From assembly GCA_963695555.1 (NCBI GenBank), contig CAVOGR010000001.1, positions 128,001 through 192,000 on the forward strand: a DNA stretch of 64,000 bases, read 5' to 3'. The notes beneath the pieces are model-generated. The model did no database searches and was not told where the DNA came from. It saw nothing but the letters and a program-made list of their open reading frames with translations. Position numbers and translations under genes: made by a program. The DNA is from an uncultured Gemmatimonadales bacterium. Lineage in GTDB: Bacteria; Gemmatimonadota; Gemmatimonadetes; Gemmatimonadales; GWC2-71-9. Positions within the stretch are counted from its first letter, which is position 1. Every line of letters starts with the position of its first letter. This document shows, one piece after another, positions 49,960-60,607 of the stretch.

Positions 49960-51462
49960 CTACTTCCCCATCTCCACGACGATGCTGTCGATTTGGCGAA
50001 TCATCTCGGAGCCGTTCCGGGTGTGGTTATTGGCGAGAATCGAGAACGCGAGGGTCCGTCCCTTGGGAGTCTCAATGTAGCCCGACAGCGAATTGACCCG
50101 GGAGATACTTCCCGTCTTCGCCCTGACGCGCCCGTCGAGCGGGGTTCCACCGAACCGGTTCTTGAGCGAGCCGCGCGCCCCGGACTGCGGGAGTCCAGCT
50201 GCAAAGGTAGCGTAATGCGGGTGGCGCCGGATATATGCCAGAAGTTGCGCGAGGGCCATCGGCGTGACCACGTTCGAGCTGGCGAGTCCCGAGCCGTCGC
50301 GGAAGCTGAACTGGGTCGAGTCGATTCCCACGGAGTCAATCAAGAAACGCCGCTCGACGTCGAGCCCCTCCCGCCACGACCCGTCGGCGCCAAACTGTTT
50401 CCCAAGCTGTTTGAGCAGCATCTCGGCAAAGAAATTCTGGCTGGTATTCAGAATCGGGAAGATCCAATCCCGTAGCGGGCGTGAGGTAACCTCCGCCAGT
50501 GGTGATCCGAGGCGGGTGCTCTGGTAGAGCACCGAGTCCACCGTGGACTCGGTCGGCCCAGTGACGCTGATGCCCGAGTCTGCCAAAGCCTTCCGGAGCC
50601 CCTGGGCGGCAAAGTAATTGGGATCCGGCAACGCGAAATACTCGGTGCGGCGTCCGCTGTCGAGTGCCAGCGTCCCCTCGGCCCAGAGGTCGAGCGATCC
50701 GGGGCGGCGAAAGAAATCGATGGTCCGCCGTGTTCCGGGCGGACTGGTCGATGTCCGGTTCTCGAGGCTCAGGTCGCCAAAGTCCGGACTGAACGCGATG
50801 ACAACCGGCGCGCCGATGCCGGGCCCCGGTCCGTATTCCAAGTCGATGCTGTTGTCGTTCAGGCTGAGGCCGGAGACCGGAGCGGCATACCACCAATTGA
50901 GGTCGTATCCCTCCCATCCGGGATGGACCAGCGTGGGCTCGAAGTAGCTTCCGTCGCCGACGACCTTGCCGGTGACGGTGCGAATCCCTCGTGCGCGCAA
51001 CTGACCGGCCAGCACCCGAAGTGGCTCGAGCGGGTCCTCCACGCAGGCGCCGGCCGCCGTCGTGTCGACGTCGTAGCAACGGCGACTGAACGTCGGGTCT
51101 CCGCGACCGTACAGCACGAGGTCGCCCCGCAGCTCTCCCTCGACGATCGGACCCGTCGAGTACACGCTCGTCGTGACCGTCCAGTCGGCCGGCAGGAGGG
51201 CCGCCGCCACCGCCGCCACGACCAACTTGGTGTTGCTCGCCGGAACAAAGAGCCGCCCGGCGTTGCGCTCGTACAGGACCCGCCCAGTGATATCCATCAG
51301 GACGACGCCCCAGAGGTTCCGGTCGAAGGGCGGGGCATCGAGCCGCCGGCTGATGCGCGTGGCGAGGTTGCGCTGGGCTTCGAGGCCGGGAGCACCGACG
51401 CCGAGGAGGAAGAGAATGCTCAGGGCGAAAGGGGCCAATCGAGGCCGGATGGCAGTGCGCAT
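49960..51462 (-). CDS. dacB: D-alanyl-D-alanine carboxypeptidase/endopeptidase (PBP4)
   Basis: SNTK, SQN, DGSGL and KTG motifs. Signal peptide. Confidence 0.95.
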   Translation of the reverse strand: MRTAIRPRLAPFALSILFLLGVGAPGLEAQRNLATRISRRLDAPPFDRNLWGVVLMDITGRVLYERNAGRLFVPASNTKLVVAAVAAALLPADWTVTTSVYSTGPIVEGELRGDLVLYGRGDPTFSRRCYDVDTTAAGACVEDPLEPLRVLAGQLRARGIRTVTGKVVGDGSYFEPTLVHPGWEGYDLNWWYAAPVSGLSLNDNSIDLEYGPGPGIGAPVVIAFSPDFGDLSLENRTSTSPPGTRRTIDFFRRPGSLDLWAEGTLALDSGRRTEYFALPDPNYFAAQGLRKALADSGISVTGPTESTVDSVLYQSTRLGSPLAEVTSRPLRDWIFPILNTSQNFFAEMLLKQLGKQFGADGSWREGLDVERRFLIDSVGIDSTQFSFRDGSGLASSNVVTPMALAQLLAYIRRHPHYATFAAGLPQSGARGSLKNRFGGTPLDGRVRAKTGSISRVNSLSGYIETPKGRTLAFSILANNHTRNGSEMIRQIDSIVVEMGK

Positions 51463-51576
51463 GCGGGGTCCTGACTGATGGGCGCCGGGGGCGGAGCGTC
51501 CCTGGTGGGGCGGAGCGACCCATGCCGGCAAGGGATCTGAAGGCCAAAAACTTGACAGTAGTAGCGTAACGTGATG

Positions 51577-51605
51577 AAGCTAGTGATCTTACATTATGCC
51601 GTCAA
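51577..51605 (-). promoter_or_regulatory. Sigma70-type promoter for the dacB run
   Basis: TTGACG-N17-TAGCTT on the minus strand within an AT-rich divergent gap. Confidence 0.55.
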
Positions 51606-51681
51606 TTGCAGGTCGTGCCGTCTGCTTCGGGGGGCCTGGCAACTGGAGACCGGGGTCGCATCAAGTGGATGATTCTCTGAC

Positions 51682-53820
51682 ATGAGCGTGCGTGGTCTGC
51701 CACACCGACTCCGTGCTACGCTCACGGTTGCATCGGCGGCGCTCGTGTTCTGGGGCTCGTCCCTCGCCGCGCAGGAAACCCCGCTGGTCATCCGCCAGCT
51801 CAACTTCGAGGGCAATCGAGCCATCAATGAGTTGACGCTGCGGACGGTGATTGGCACGACCAACTCGAGTTGGTTTGCGCGCAGCGGGTTGGTTCGATGG
51901 ATCGGGCTCGGGGAGAAGCGCTACTTCGATGAGCGGGAATTCCAGCGCGATGTGCTGCGCCTGACCCTGCTGTATCGCAAGAGCGGCTACCTCGACGTCG
52001 GCGTTGACACGGTCGTCGTGCGAAAGCCTCAGGACGTGTACCTCACGATCCGGATCGATGAAGGTCAGCCGATTCGGGTGACGCAACTCGATGTTACCGG
52101 CACCGACACGGTGCCGGAGCCTCGCAAGATCGTCCAAGACCTGCCGCTCCGCGTTGGGGATCCGTTCAATCGCTTTCTGATGCAGGCATCCGCCGACACC
52201 ATCGTCCGCCGACTGCAGAATCGCGGGTATCCGTCCGCCGAAGTGTTCGTGAGTTTCAATATGGACAAGGCGGCGCGAGCCACGACGGTCGGGCTCGATG
52301 TGTATCCCGGACTTCGCAGCACCGTGGGGGGCGTGTCGGTGACCGGAGTCCGGGCTGTCGATTCGTCGGTCGTCTTGTCTCTGCTCGCCACTCGCGAAGG
52401 GAATCCCTTTTCTCAGGGGGATTTGTTTCGCAGCCAGCGCAACCTCTATCAGACCGAGTTGTTCAGCTTTGCGTCGGTGGGAATCGACAGTGCGCAGTTC
52501 AATGCCGGAGTTCCCCGCGTCCCACTGCTGGTTCAGGTCAACGAGGGGCGCTTCCACCGAGTGCGCTCCGGCATTGGTTTTGGGACCGATGATTGCTTCC
52601 GCTTTGGCGCTGGATGGACCGCGCGGAACTTCATTGGTGGGGGTCAGGTCCTGGACGTGTCCGGACGCATTTCAAAGGTCGGGGTTGGCAGTCCGTTCGA
52701 TTGGAAGCTGGAAGAGAACGTAGTCTGTGGGGCCTTACGTGACGATTCCATTGCTTCCGCCAAGGTGAACTACAACGCGACGATCTCGCTCCGCCGCCCG
52801 GCGTTTCTCTCGCCGCAGAACACGGCCACCATCGCACTCTTCGCCGAGCGACGATCGTCATTCAACGTCTATCGCCGGGAGGAAATTGGCTTTAGCCTGG
52901 GGCTCAGCCGGGAAACTCGGGCGCGGATTCCCTTGAACTTCACTTATCGCCTGTCCTATGGGCAGACCGATGCGAATGCCGCCAATTTCTGTGCCTTCTT
53001 CAACACCTGTTTGCTAGCGGATATCCGGCAGCTGGAAGAGCGCCGGATTCTCGCCACGTTCACCACGTCTGCCACGGCCTCCAGAACCAATAACCCGCTC
53101 GACCCCTCGCGTGGGTTTGTCGCGAGCGGCGAGTTCACGCACAGTTCGCGCTTCATTGGCTCGTCCTCACAACAGCAATTCAATCGGGTGGTCGGCGATA
53201 TCGCGTGGTACCGGCCGATCGGTCGCGACGTGGTTCTGAGCTGGCGGATCCGGGGTGGCTTGATCTTCGCTCCAACGGTGGACTTCAGGTCCAACTCGCT
53301 GAACTTCGTGCCCCCGGAGCAGCGCTTCTACGCTGGTGGTCCGAACGACGTCCGTGGGTACGATCGCAATGAGCTCGGACCCGTCGTCTACGTCATTCCA
53401 TCCGCCAGCGTGACCCGGGACTCGGCCGGCACGGTCGTCGGCTTCGACTCGACCAGAGTCCGGTTCTCGGCGACCGGGGGCAACACGCTCATCGTCGGCA
53501 ATCTCGAGCTCCGGGTGCCCTCGCCCATTTTCCGGAACCGACTCCGCTTTGCCGCCTTCGTCGATGCGGGCGGACTCTGGCAACGAGGAGCAACGGATGT
53601 GGCGGCCGCCGTGCTCAGGCTTACTCCCGGCATAGGACTGCGGGTCGCGACGCCGCTCGGGCCCGCGCGGCTCGATGTGGCGTACAACCCGTACAAACTC
53701 CCGAGTGGCCCCCTGTTCGAAAGCACGGCGAATGGCGAGCTGCTGCCGCTGCCGAATCCGTTCGTCCGTGATCGGGGCCGGCGCTACACCGTGCACTTTT
53801 CCGTCGGGCAGGCGTTCTGA
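51682..53820 (+). CDS. tamA: BamA/TamA family Omp85 outer membrane protein
   Basis: Signal peptide, POTRA-like repeats, FYAGG..VRGY and terminal GQAF. Confidence 0.9.
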   Translation: MSVRGLPHRLRATLTVASAALVFWGSSLAAQETPLVIRQLNFEGNRAINELTLRTVIGTTNSSWFARSGLVRWIGLGEKRYFDEREFQRDVLRLTLLYRKSGYLDVGVDTVVVRKPQDVYLTIRIDEGQPIRVTQLDVTGTDTVPEPRKIVQDLPLRVGDPFNRFLMQASADTIVRRLQNRGYPSAEVFVSFNMDKAARATTVGLDVYPGLRSTVGGVSVTGVRAVDSSVVLSLLATREGNPFSQGDLFRSQRNLYQTELFSFASVGIDSAQFNAGVPRVPLLVQVNEGRFHRVRSGIGFGTDDCFRFGAGWTARNFIGGGQVLDVSGRISKVGVGSPFDWKLEENVVCGALRDDSIASAKVNYNATISLRRPAFLSPQNTATIALFAERRSSFNVYRREEIGFSLGLSRETRARIPLNFTYRLSYGQTDANAANFCAFFNTCLLADIRQLEERRILATFTTSATASRTNNPLDPSRGFVASGEFTHSSRFIGSSSQQQFNRVVGDIAWYRPIGRDVVLSWRIRGGLIFAPTVDFRSNSLNFVPPEQRFYAGGPNDVRGYDRNELGPVVYVIPSASVTRDSAGTVVGFDSTRVRFSATGGNTLIVGNLELRVPSPIFRNRLRFAAFVDAGGLWQRGATDVAAAVLRLTPGIGLRVATPLGPARLDVAYNPYKLPSGPLFESTANGELLPLPNPFVRDRGRRYTVHFSVGQAF

Positions 53821-56800
53821 TGCGCCGCCGGCTCGCCCACTTCCTCTTCGTGACGGTCCTGGGAGCGTTGGCCCTGGTGTTGGGAACGGTCACGGCCATG
53901 ACCGCGAGCTCGCCCGGCCGAGGACTACTTGCCCGGCTGGTCTCGGATCAGCTGGGACGGAGCCTTCGGGGGGAATTCCAGTTCGGAGCTATCTCGGGAT
54001 CGTTCATTCGCGACCTCACCCTGACGGACGTTACGATCCGGGATACGAGTGGTGCACTCCTCGCGGGCCTCCCCGCCGCGGAGGTGACCTACAACCTGGC
54101 GCAGTTGCTTGCCGGGCAGATCGTGATGCGGAGCGTGACGCTCCGGAACCCTACGGTGCACATCACCAAGCGCACGTCCGGTCGGATGAACTACGAGGAG
54201 GTCCTCCGACTGGGCGAAGGGCCGCCGGGAGGGCCTCCGCCGTTTGTCCAGTTCCGTAATCTGCATATCGTGAACGGGCTGGTGCGCATTTCCGTTCCCT
54301 GGTCTCCCTCGGCGGACCCGACCAGCGACGCGGGCCGCGCCGAGTTGGCACGGGAACGGGCCAAAGCCGGGCGCGTCATCGAGCAAGCGCCGGACGGCCT
54401 CCGACGCATCATCACCGTCTCCGAGCTGACCTCACGATTCCCGACCGTGTGGGCCAGCATGCCGGACCGCCGGCCCCTTACGGTAGACATCGATTCGCTG
54501 GCCGGGATCCTGAGCGACCCGGCCGTCGACATTCGGCACATCCGCGGCCGGCTCCAGGTCAAGGGCGACAGCCTGATCTTCGCTGTGGAATCAGGCGCCC
54601 TCGCCAATTCACAGATGTCGGGTGGAGGAGTCCTGACGTGGCCGGATGGGCCAATCGAGTATGACATCGGCCTCGACATGACCCAGCTAGATCTGGCCGA
54701 CATTCGCTGGATTTCACCTGACTTTCCAAACCTCTCTGGGCACGGTGTCTTGGCGGCGCGAACCGAGACGCCGACTCGCACCGCATTCGCCCTGCGCGAC
54801 CTATCGCTGCAGGGACCCGACGGAGGCATCGCCGGGGTCGTCACCATTCTCGACGACGACCGGCGGGGTCTCGGAGTTCGGGATATGCGGCTCCGGCTCG
54901 ACCGGCTCACCCTCGACGCCATCCGGCCGTACCTCGACACGCTGCCCTTGGACGGTACGTTGACGGGCTTGGTGGCGGGCGAGGGATACCAGGATCGCAT
55001 GGTCGTGGAACTCGACTGGAACTTTGCCGACTACCGCCTGCCGGAGCGGCCGACCAGCGAGATCGTCGGGGAAGGCGTTGTCCAGCTCGCGGGCCCCAAT
55101 GGCATGGTATTCGACAGCTTCACCGTCCACCGCTCGGACGTCGCGCTCGAAACCGTGCGGCTGCTCATTCCCGAGGTCCGCCTCTTTGGCCGCCTCGAAG
55201 CTACAGGCCAGATCAGCGGCCCATGGCGAAACACCACCTTCCTCGGCCACGCGCGCCAGCGTGATGGCGCACGGCCGGCCAGCGAGCTCGATGGCCGGGT
55301 TCGGTTCGATTCGCGAAGTGATACGCTCGGCCTCTCGATAGACGTCGTGTTGGCTCCATTGTCTTTCGAGGGGATCCGGAGGGGATTCCCTTCGCTCAAC
55401 GCGACCGGGTCCCTGCGTGGCCCCGTTCGGCTGGAGGGCAACCTTGCCCGGGTTGCGGTCGACGCCGACGTGCGCGGGGAGCTTGGCCACGTGCGAATGC
55501 TGGGGCCCGCGACGATACTCCTCCCGAAATGGGGCGGGGACTCACTGAACGTCACCTTCGACTCGCTCGACCTGGCCGTCGCCCGAGGGTCCGGTCCGGC
55601 TACTGCCTTGCGCGGCACCGCGACCATCCAGGGTGTCGTGGATTCCGCCGGGTGGCCCGAGGGCACGCTCGCCCTATCGCTCGGGCCTAGCCGGATCCGC
55701 GAGGTATCTCTGGATTCCGTATCGGCGCTCGTCGCGGTGCGGGACAGCGTAATGCGCCTCGATACTCTGAACGTCGTCTTTCCCAAGGGTGGCCTCACTG
55801 GCTCCGGGACCCTCGGGTGGCGACGGCCACACACCGGCACGATGACGTTTGTCATGGGGACGGACAGCCTCACCGTCTTCGATTCGCTGGTCACCGCCCT
55901 CGGCCTCGAACGCGATAGCGCCGCCGCGGCGAGCCCGCTGCGCGGTCTCTTGCAGGCGACGCTCCAGATGCGGGGCGCACTGGATACGCTGCTCGTGAGC
56001 GGCAGGTTTGCCATCACTGACGTCTCGCGCGGCACGCTTCGCGCGCCGTCGGTTGTCGGCACTCTGACGTGGCTCGGCGGCGCCAGGCCGCAGCTCTCCA
56101 CCGAAATCGATGCAGACTCCCTCCATATCGGGCGGCTCCAGTTCCAGCGAGCCCGAGCTGCCGTGAGCGGGTGGTCCGACTCCCTCCGATGGACCGGCGG
56201 TGTCCACATTGGCGATTTGTCCGACTTGGCGGTCGACGGTCAATGGGTCAAGCGCGACAGTACCGTGGTCTGGACGTTGGACAGAATCGACGCACAACTG
56301 GCGAGGCATCGGTGGGGGCTCGCCGCGCCTGCGGTTCTGACCGAACTCGGCGCTCAGCGGACGCTCGCGCCAGTTGAGCTCTGGGCAACGGACGGGTCCG
56401 CCACGATCCGGGCATCGGGGGCGCTCCCGAATCCGTCAGGCGGCTCGCTGACGGTGGAAGCGCTGGGCATCGAGTTGCAGGACATCTACGGGCTGCTCCA
56501 ACGTGATACCAGCGCCGTACGTGGTGTCGTGGGCGGCAATCTCGAGATCGGCGGCTCGCGGGCGGCGCCCACCATCCGCGGCACCGTGACCCTGGCGGAT
56601 GCCGTCTTGGGCGACTTTCGGGGGCCCTTTGCCCAGGGCATTGTCAATTACGCCGACAAACGCCTCGAGGCCAACCTGCTGCTCTGGAAGACGGGGGAGC
56701 CGGTCGTGGAGATAGAGGCCCAGCTGCCCCTCGATCTGGCCTTCATGGGGGTCGAGGATCGTCAGCTCCCTGGTCCGCTGTCGGTCCGGGTGCTCGGGGA

Positions 56801-58232
56801 CAGCGTGGATTTGGGCGTCTTCGAGGCCTTCACAGCCAACGCGCGGAATCTCCGGGGCAGGCTCGATGCCGATGCCCGGATCGCCGGCACCTGGGACGCG
56901 CCGAGGTTGGAAGGCTTTGTCGAGGTCAGGCAAGGCAGGGCGGACATTCCGGCTCTCGGCGTCAAGTACACCGGCATCGTCGGCAGAGCCCATCTGACCG
57001 GCGATTCGGTGGTGGTGGATTCCCTCCATCTTACGAGCGGAGGGGGGCGGCTCGACATTGCCGGTGGTCTCCGGCTGGAGAATTTGACCCGCCCCGTGCT
57101 CAACCTCGATCTCGTGGCGAATCGGTTCCGCGCCATCGACGTGCGCGCGTTCCTCACGCTCACAGTCAGCGGGCGGGTCCGGCTGACGGGCCCGGTCTAC
57201 CAGGCAACCCTGACCGGGCGAGCGACCGCAACCCAGGGCGCGCTCTACTTTGCCGACCTGGTGACGAAGCAGATCATCAATTTGGAGGATCCGTCCAACG
57301 CCGACTTGATCGATCTCAGCATCATCGGCGAGCGCAGGCTTGGCACGAATTTCCAGAATCGTTTCCTCGACTCACTGCGCATCGAGGACTTCGAGCTAGC
57401 CGTGCGGGAAGATTTTTGGCTGCGGTCGAACGAAGCGAACATCCAACTCGAAGGCTCGGTGCGCGTCAACAAGGTCCGCAAGAACTATCGGTGGGATGGA
57501 ACCCTGAATGCCGTGCGCGGCACGTACACGCTCAAGGCACAATTTGTCACCCGCGGGTTCGACGTGCAGCGAGGAACCGTCCGCTATTTCGGCACCCCCG
57601 ACCTCAATGCCGACCTGGACATCGAGGCCCAGCACATCGTCCAGCCGTTCGATCGGAGCGAGGAGATTCCGGTGATCGCCAAGATTACCGGAACCCTTCA
57701 GGTGCCGAAGCTCACGCTCGAATCGCCGATTCGGCCTCCGATTTCCGAAACTGATCTCTTCAGTTACCTGATGTTCGGCCGGCCGTCGTATGGCCTGTCC
57801 GAAACCCCGCAAGGGAATCAGAACGAGCTCTTTCGATCGGTCCTCGTCTACTTCTCGAGCGCATTGTCCAGTGAGATCGAGCGGACCCTCATCTCCGATC
57901 TCGGCGTGCCCATCGACTTCGTGGAGATTCGTCCCGGCCTCGGTGGCGGCTCGACTTTCGGGGCCAGCGCGCAGGCTACCCAGCTTGCGGCCGGCTGGCA
58001 GATCGGGCGGAGCACGTTTCTGACCTTCAACGCAGGCGTGTGCCCGAATCAGAACTTGTTGAGCTACCGCCGGTTGGGGGCGAGTCTCGAGTATCGATTC
58101 TCCCGGTCGTGGCGAACCCAACTCAGTCTCGAGCCTGTCCAGACGTGCATCGCGACACAGCAAAGCGACGCGCTCGGCGTGCCGGCTCGATACCAAGTCG
58201 GATTCGATCTCCTGTGGGAACGGGAGTACTGA
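53820..58232 (+). CDS. tamB: Translocation/assembly module TamB (DUF490)
   Basis: N-terminal anchor, long beta-rich body, TamB-like C-terminus. Coupled to the Omp85 gene. Confidence 0.88.
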   Translation: MRRRLAHFLFVTVLGALALVLGTVTAMTASSPGRGLLARLVSDQLGRSLRGEFQFGAISGSFIRDLTLTDVTIRDTSGALLAGLPAAEVTYNLAQLLAGQIVMRSVTLRNPTVHITKRTSGRMNYEEVLRLGEGPPGGPPPFVQFRNLHIVNGLVRISVPWSPSADPTSDAGRAELARERAKAGRVIEQAPDGLRRIITVSELTSRFPTVWASMPDRRPLTVDIDSLAGILSDPAVDIRHIRGRLQVKGDSLIFAVESGALANSQMSGGGVLTWPDGPIEYDIGLDMTQLDLADIRWISPDFPNLSGHGVLAARTETPTRTAFALRDLSLQGPDGGIAGVVTILDDDRRGLGVRDMRLRLDRLTLDAIRPYLDTLPLDGTLTGLVAGEGYQDRMVVELDWNFADYRLPERPTSEIVGEGVVQLAGPNGMVFDSFTVHRSDVALETVRLLIPEVRLFGRLEATGQISGPWRNTTFLGHARQRDGARPASELDGRVRFDSRSDTLGLSIDVVLAPLSFEGIRRGFPSLNATGSLRGPVRLEGNLARVAVDADVRGELGHVRMLGPATILLPKWGGDSLNVTFDSLDLAVARGSGPATALRGTATIQGVVDSAGWPEGTLALSLGPSRIREVSLDSVSALVAVRDSVMRLDTLNVVFPKGGLTGSGTLGWRRPHTGTMTFVMGTDSLTVFDSLVTALGLERDSAAAASPLRGLLQATLQMRGALDTLLVSGRFAITDVSRGTLRAPSVVGTLTWLGGARPQLSTEIDADSLHIGRLQFQRARAAVSGWSDSLRWTGGVHIGDLSDLAVDGQWVKRDSTVVWTLDRIDAQLARHRWGLAAPAVLTELGAQRTLAPVELWATDGSATIRASGALPNPSGGSLTVEALGIELQDIYGLLQRDTSAVRGVVGGNLEIGGSRAAPTIRGTVTLADAVLGDFRGPFAQGIVNYADKRLEANLLLWKTGEPVVEIEAQLPLDLAFMGVEDRQLPGPLSVRVLGDSVDLGVFEAFTANARNLRGRLDADARIAGTWDAPRLEGFVEVRQGRADIPALGVKYTGIVGRAHLTGDSVVVDSLHLTSGGGRLDIAGGLRLENLTRPVLNLDLVANRFRAIDVRAFLTLTVSGRVRLTGPVYQATLTGRATATQGALYFADLVTKQIINLEDPSNADLIDLSIIGERRLGTNFQNRFLDSLRIEDFELAVREDFWLRSNEANIQLEGSVRVNKVRKNYRWDGTLNAVRGTYTLKAQFVTRGFDVQRGTVRYFGTPDLNADLDIEAQHIVQPFDRSEEIPVIAKITGTLQVPKLTLESPIRPPISETDLFSYLMFGRPSYGLSETPQGNQNELFRSVLVYFSSALSSEIERTLISDLGVPIDFVEIRPGLGGGSTFGASAQATQLAAGWQIGRSTFLTFNAGVCPNQNLLSYRRLGASLEYRFSRSWRTQLSLEPVQTCIATQQSDALGVPARYQVGFDLLWEREY

Positions 58233-58234
58233 CC

Positions 58235-59146
58235 GTGACGCGCGTGCTCCTCATCACCAACCCGGCCGCCGCGCGAACTCAGCCCACCGCGGTCCAAGCG
58301 GTGGTGGACGTCCTCGGGTCTGCCGGATGGATGGTAGAGGTCGTTGCAACGGGCGGTCCGGGGGATGCCAAGAGTCTCGCGGCCCAAGGTGTGTCGGACG
58401 GCATGGATCTGGTCGCGGTCTTCGGCGGGGACGGCACAACCATGCAGGCTGCCGGTGCGCTGGTGGGCACGGACGTTCGCCTGGGGCTCATCCCGGGTGG
58501 AACAGGTAATCTGCTGGCCGGGAACCTCCGCGTCCCGACCTCCCCGGCCCGGGCCGCCGAGGCTTTGGTGGCGGGACAATCGCGCGCGTTCGACCTCGGC
58601 CGAATGGAGCGCACGGACGGGGTTCATTACTTCGCGGTGGCATGCGGCGCGGGGTACGATGCCCGGGTGATGGCCGAGACTCCGGCCGCGCACAAAGCCA
58701 AATGGGGCATGGCTGCCTATGTCGCGACCACCTTTCGCTTGATGGCCGATCTGCGAAGCGCGACCCACCTCATTACCGTTGACGGCGCCGAGTATGAAGC
58801 ACATGCCGCGATCGTACTCGTGGCAAACTGCGCCGAGGTCATTCCTCCGTTTGTGAAATTCGGACACGGCATTTCCCCCGAGGATGGGGAATTGGACGTC
58901 ATCGTCCTCCGGGCTGACAGCTTTCGCGAGAGCGTCAGTGCGGTGTGGGAACTGCTCCGCCAGCGGGGTGGACAGTCACCCAACGGAGGACAGGTAGGGT
59001 ATGCCCGTGGGCGGGATATTCGGGTTGAGACCACGCCAGCGCAGCCGGTGCAGCTGGACGGGGAACCGGGAGGCTATACCCCGTTCCGCGCAACGGTGGT
59101 TCCAGGCGCTGTACGGATCATGGTCCCACGGACCAAGACGGATTGA
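58235..59146 (+). CDS. Diacylglycerol kinase family lipid kinase
   Basis: NPAA, GGDGT, GTGNLLA and QLDGE motifs. Confidence 0.93.
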   Translation: MTRVLLITNPAAARTQPTAVQAVVDVLGSAGWMVEVVATGGPGDAKSLAAQGVSDGMDLVAVFGGDGTTMQAAGALVGTDVRLGLIPGGTGNLLAGNLRVPTSPARAAEALVAGQSRAFDLGRMERTDGVHYFAVACGAGYDARVMAETPAAHKAKWGMAAYVATTFRLMADLRSATHLITVDGAEYEAHAAIVLVANCAEVIPPFVKFGHGISPEDGELDVIVLRADSFRESVSAVWELLRQRGGQSPNGGQVGYARGRDIRVETTPAQPVQLDGEPGGYTPFRATVVPGAVRIMVPRTKTD

Positions 59147-59243
59147 GAGAGTGAGCAGGAAGTCCTTCCCACTGCACCGGACTCACACTGGGCCGGTGTC
59201 CAATTCGCGGCGGGAGCTCGCTGACCGCGCATCGAGGTGAGTT

Positions 59244-60599
59244 ATGGTTGGTTCTGTCTTGCTGATCGATACCGATGTCGACGTGCTCCGCGCCTGCGGG
59301 GGCGTACTCGAGGAGACGGGGTACGAGGTGCTTCGGGAGCTGAGCCCAGAGGCAGCCCTCGAGACGTACGACCGACTGGAGCCCGACGTGGTGCTCCTGG
59401 ATTGGCACTTTGACGGCGAACGCGGTCCGCAACTCCTCGATCAACTGGTTGCGCGGGGGGCGACCATCCTTCTGACCACCGAGCCCGACAGCGCAGCCGG
59501 CGCGGTCCACGGACTCGACCAGGGTGCGGTCGGGCGCCTGCTCAAGCCTGTGGCAGCGCCGGAACTGCTGGCACTCACAGCCAGGGCAGCAGACTACACG
59601 CGGGTTCGTCGTTTGGAGATGGCATTTGCCGACAAGATGCGGCCACTCGGCGGACTCGTGGCGCTTGGCACGTCCTCCGTGATGAAGAAACTGGCGCACG
59701 AGATCGCCGTTCTCGGAAAGAACGACAACACAACCGTGCTCCTCAAGGGAGAGCGGGGTACCGAAACCCGGCTGGTTGCCCGGCTGATTCACGACTCTAG
59801 TCCGCGAGTGTCAGCCCCGTTCGTTGCGGTGCGCTGCAGCGGTCGTAGCGCGACAGAGCTCGACTCGGAGCTCTTCGGTCACGAGAAGGGGGCTCATCCG
59901 ACCGCGGTGAGCAGGCGCCGCGGATGGTTCGAGCTGGTGGGCGCGGGCACCATCTTGCTCGAGGGCATCGAGGCCCTGGCGCCGGTGCTTCAGCCCAAGC
60001 TCCTGCGGGTGCTCGAGACCAAGACGTTCCGCCGCCTCGGCGGTACGCGTGACGTCACGGCGGATGTTCGCCTCATCGCCTCGACGTCCCACGATCTCGG
60101 ACCGGCAGTGGACGCGGGGAACTTCCGGAAGGACCTCTACTATCGGTTGAGCGTCATGGAACTTCCTATTCCGCCAGTTCGCAGACGCTCGCCGGAGGAC
60201 CGAAGCAAGCTCTTCGCTCATTTCCTCGCGGCCGCGCGCGAACGGTATGCCGAGGGCCCAACGGAGGCTTCGGAAGAGGCGCTCGCCCGACTTCAGGAGT
60301 ATGAGTGGCGGGGTGGGAACACCATGGAGGTCGCGAATGTCATGGATCGCGCGTTGTTGCTGGCCCTCGAACGGGGGCACGAGATCGTTGAAGTCGGTGA
60401 TCTTGCCGGAGAACTCCGGGCGCGCGCCGGATTCGGTGATCGTCGACACACCCCCATGACATTGGATGAGTTGGAGAAGATCCAGATCGAACGCACCCTG
60501 CGGAGCCATGCGGGGAACCGCACGCGCTCGGCACGCGAGCTTGGCATCTCGCGCGCAACACTGATCAACAAGATCAAACGATACAACATCAACGTGTGA
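59244..60599 (+). CDS. NtrC/Fis-family response regulator with degenerate sigma54-activator domain
   Basis: REC + AAA (SELFGHEKG, LQPKLLRVLE, FRKDLYYRL) + Fis HTH. Key catalytic motifs are altered. Confidence 0.9.
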   Translation: MVGSVLLIDTDVDVLRACGGVLEETGYEVLRELSPEAALETYDRLEPDVVLLDWHFDGERGPQLLDQLVARGATILLTTEPDSAAGAVHGLDQGAVGRLLKPVAAPELLALTARAADYTRVRRLEMAFADKMRPLGGLVALGTSSVMKKLAHEIAVLGKNDNTTVLLKGERGTETRLVARLIHDSSPRVSAPFVAVRCSGRSATELDSELFGHEKGAHPTAVSRRRGWFELVGAGTILLEGIEALAPVLQPKLLRVLETKTFRRLGGTRDVTADVRLIASTSHDLGPAVDAGNFRKDLYYRLSVMELPIPPVRRRSPEDRSKLFAHFLAAARERYAEGPTEASEEALARLQEYEWRGGNTMEVANVMDRALLLALERGHEIVEVGDLAGELRARAGFGDRRHTPMTLDELEKIQIERTLRSHAGNRTRSARELGISRATLINKIKRYNINV

Positions 60600-60607
60600 G
60601 GGACATC

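Noticed and set aside
51552..51580. TTGACA on the plus strand as the tamA -35
   Set aside because: No acceptable -10 at 16-18 bp spacing.
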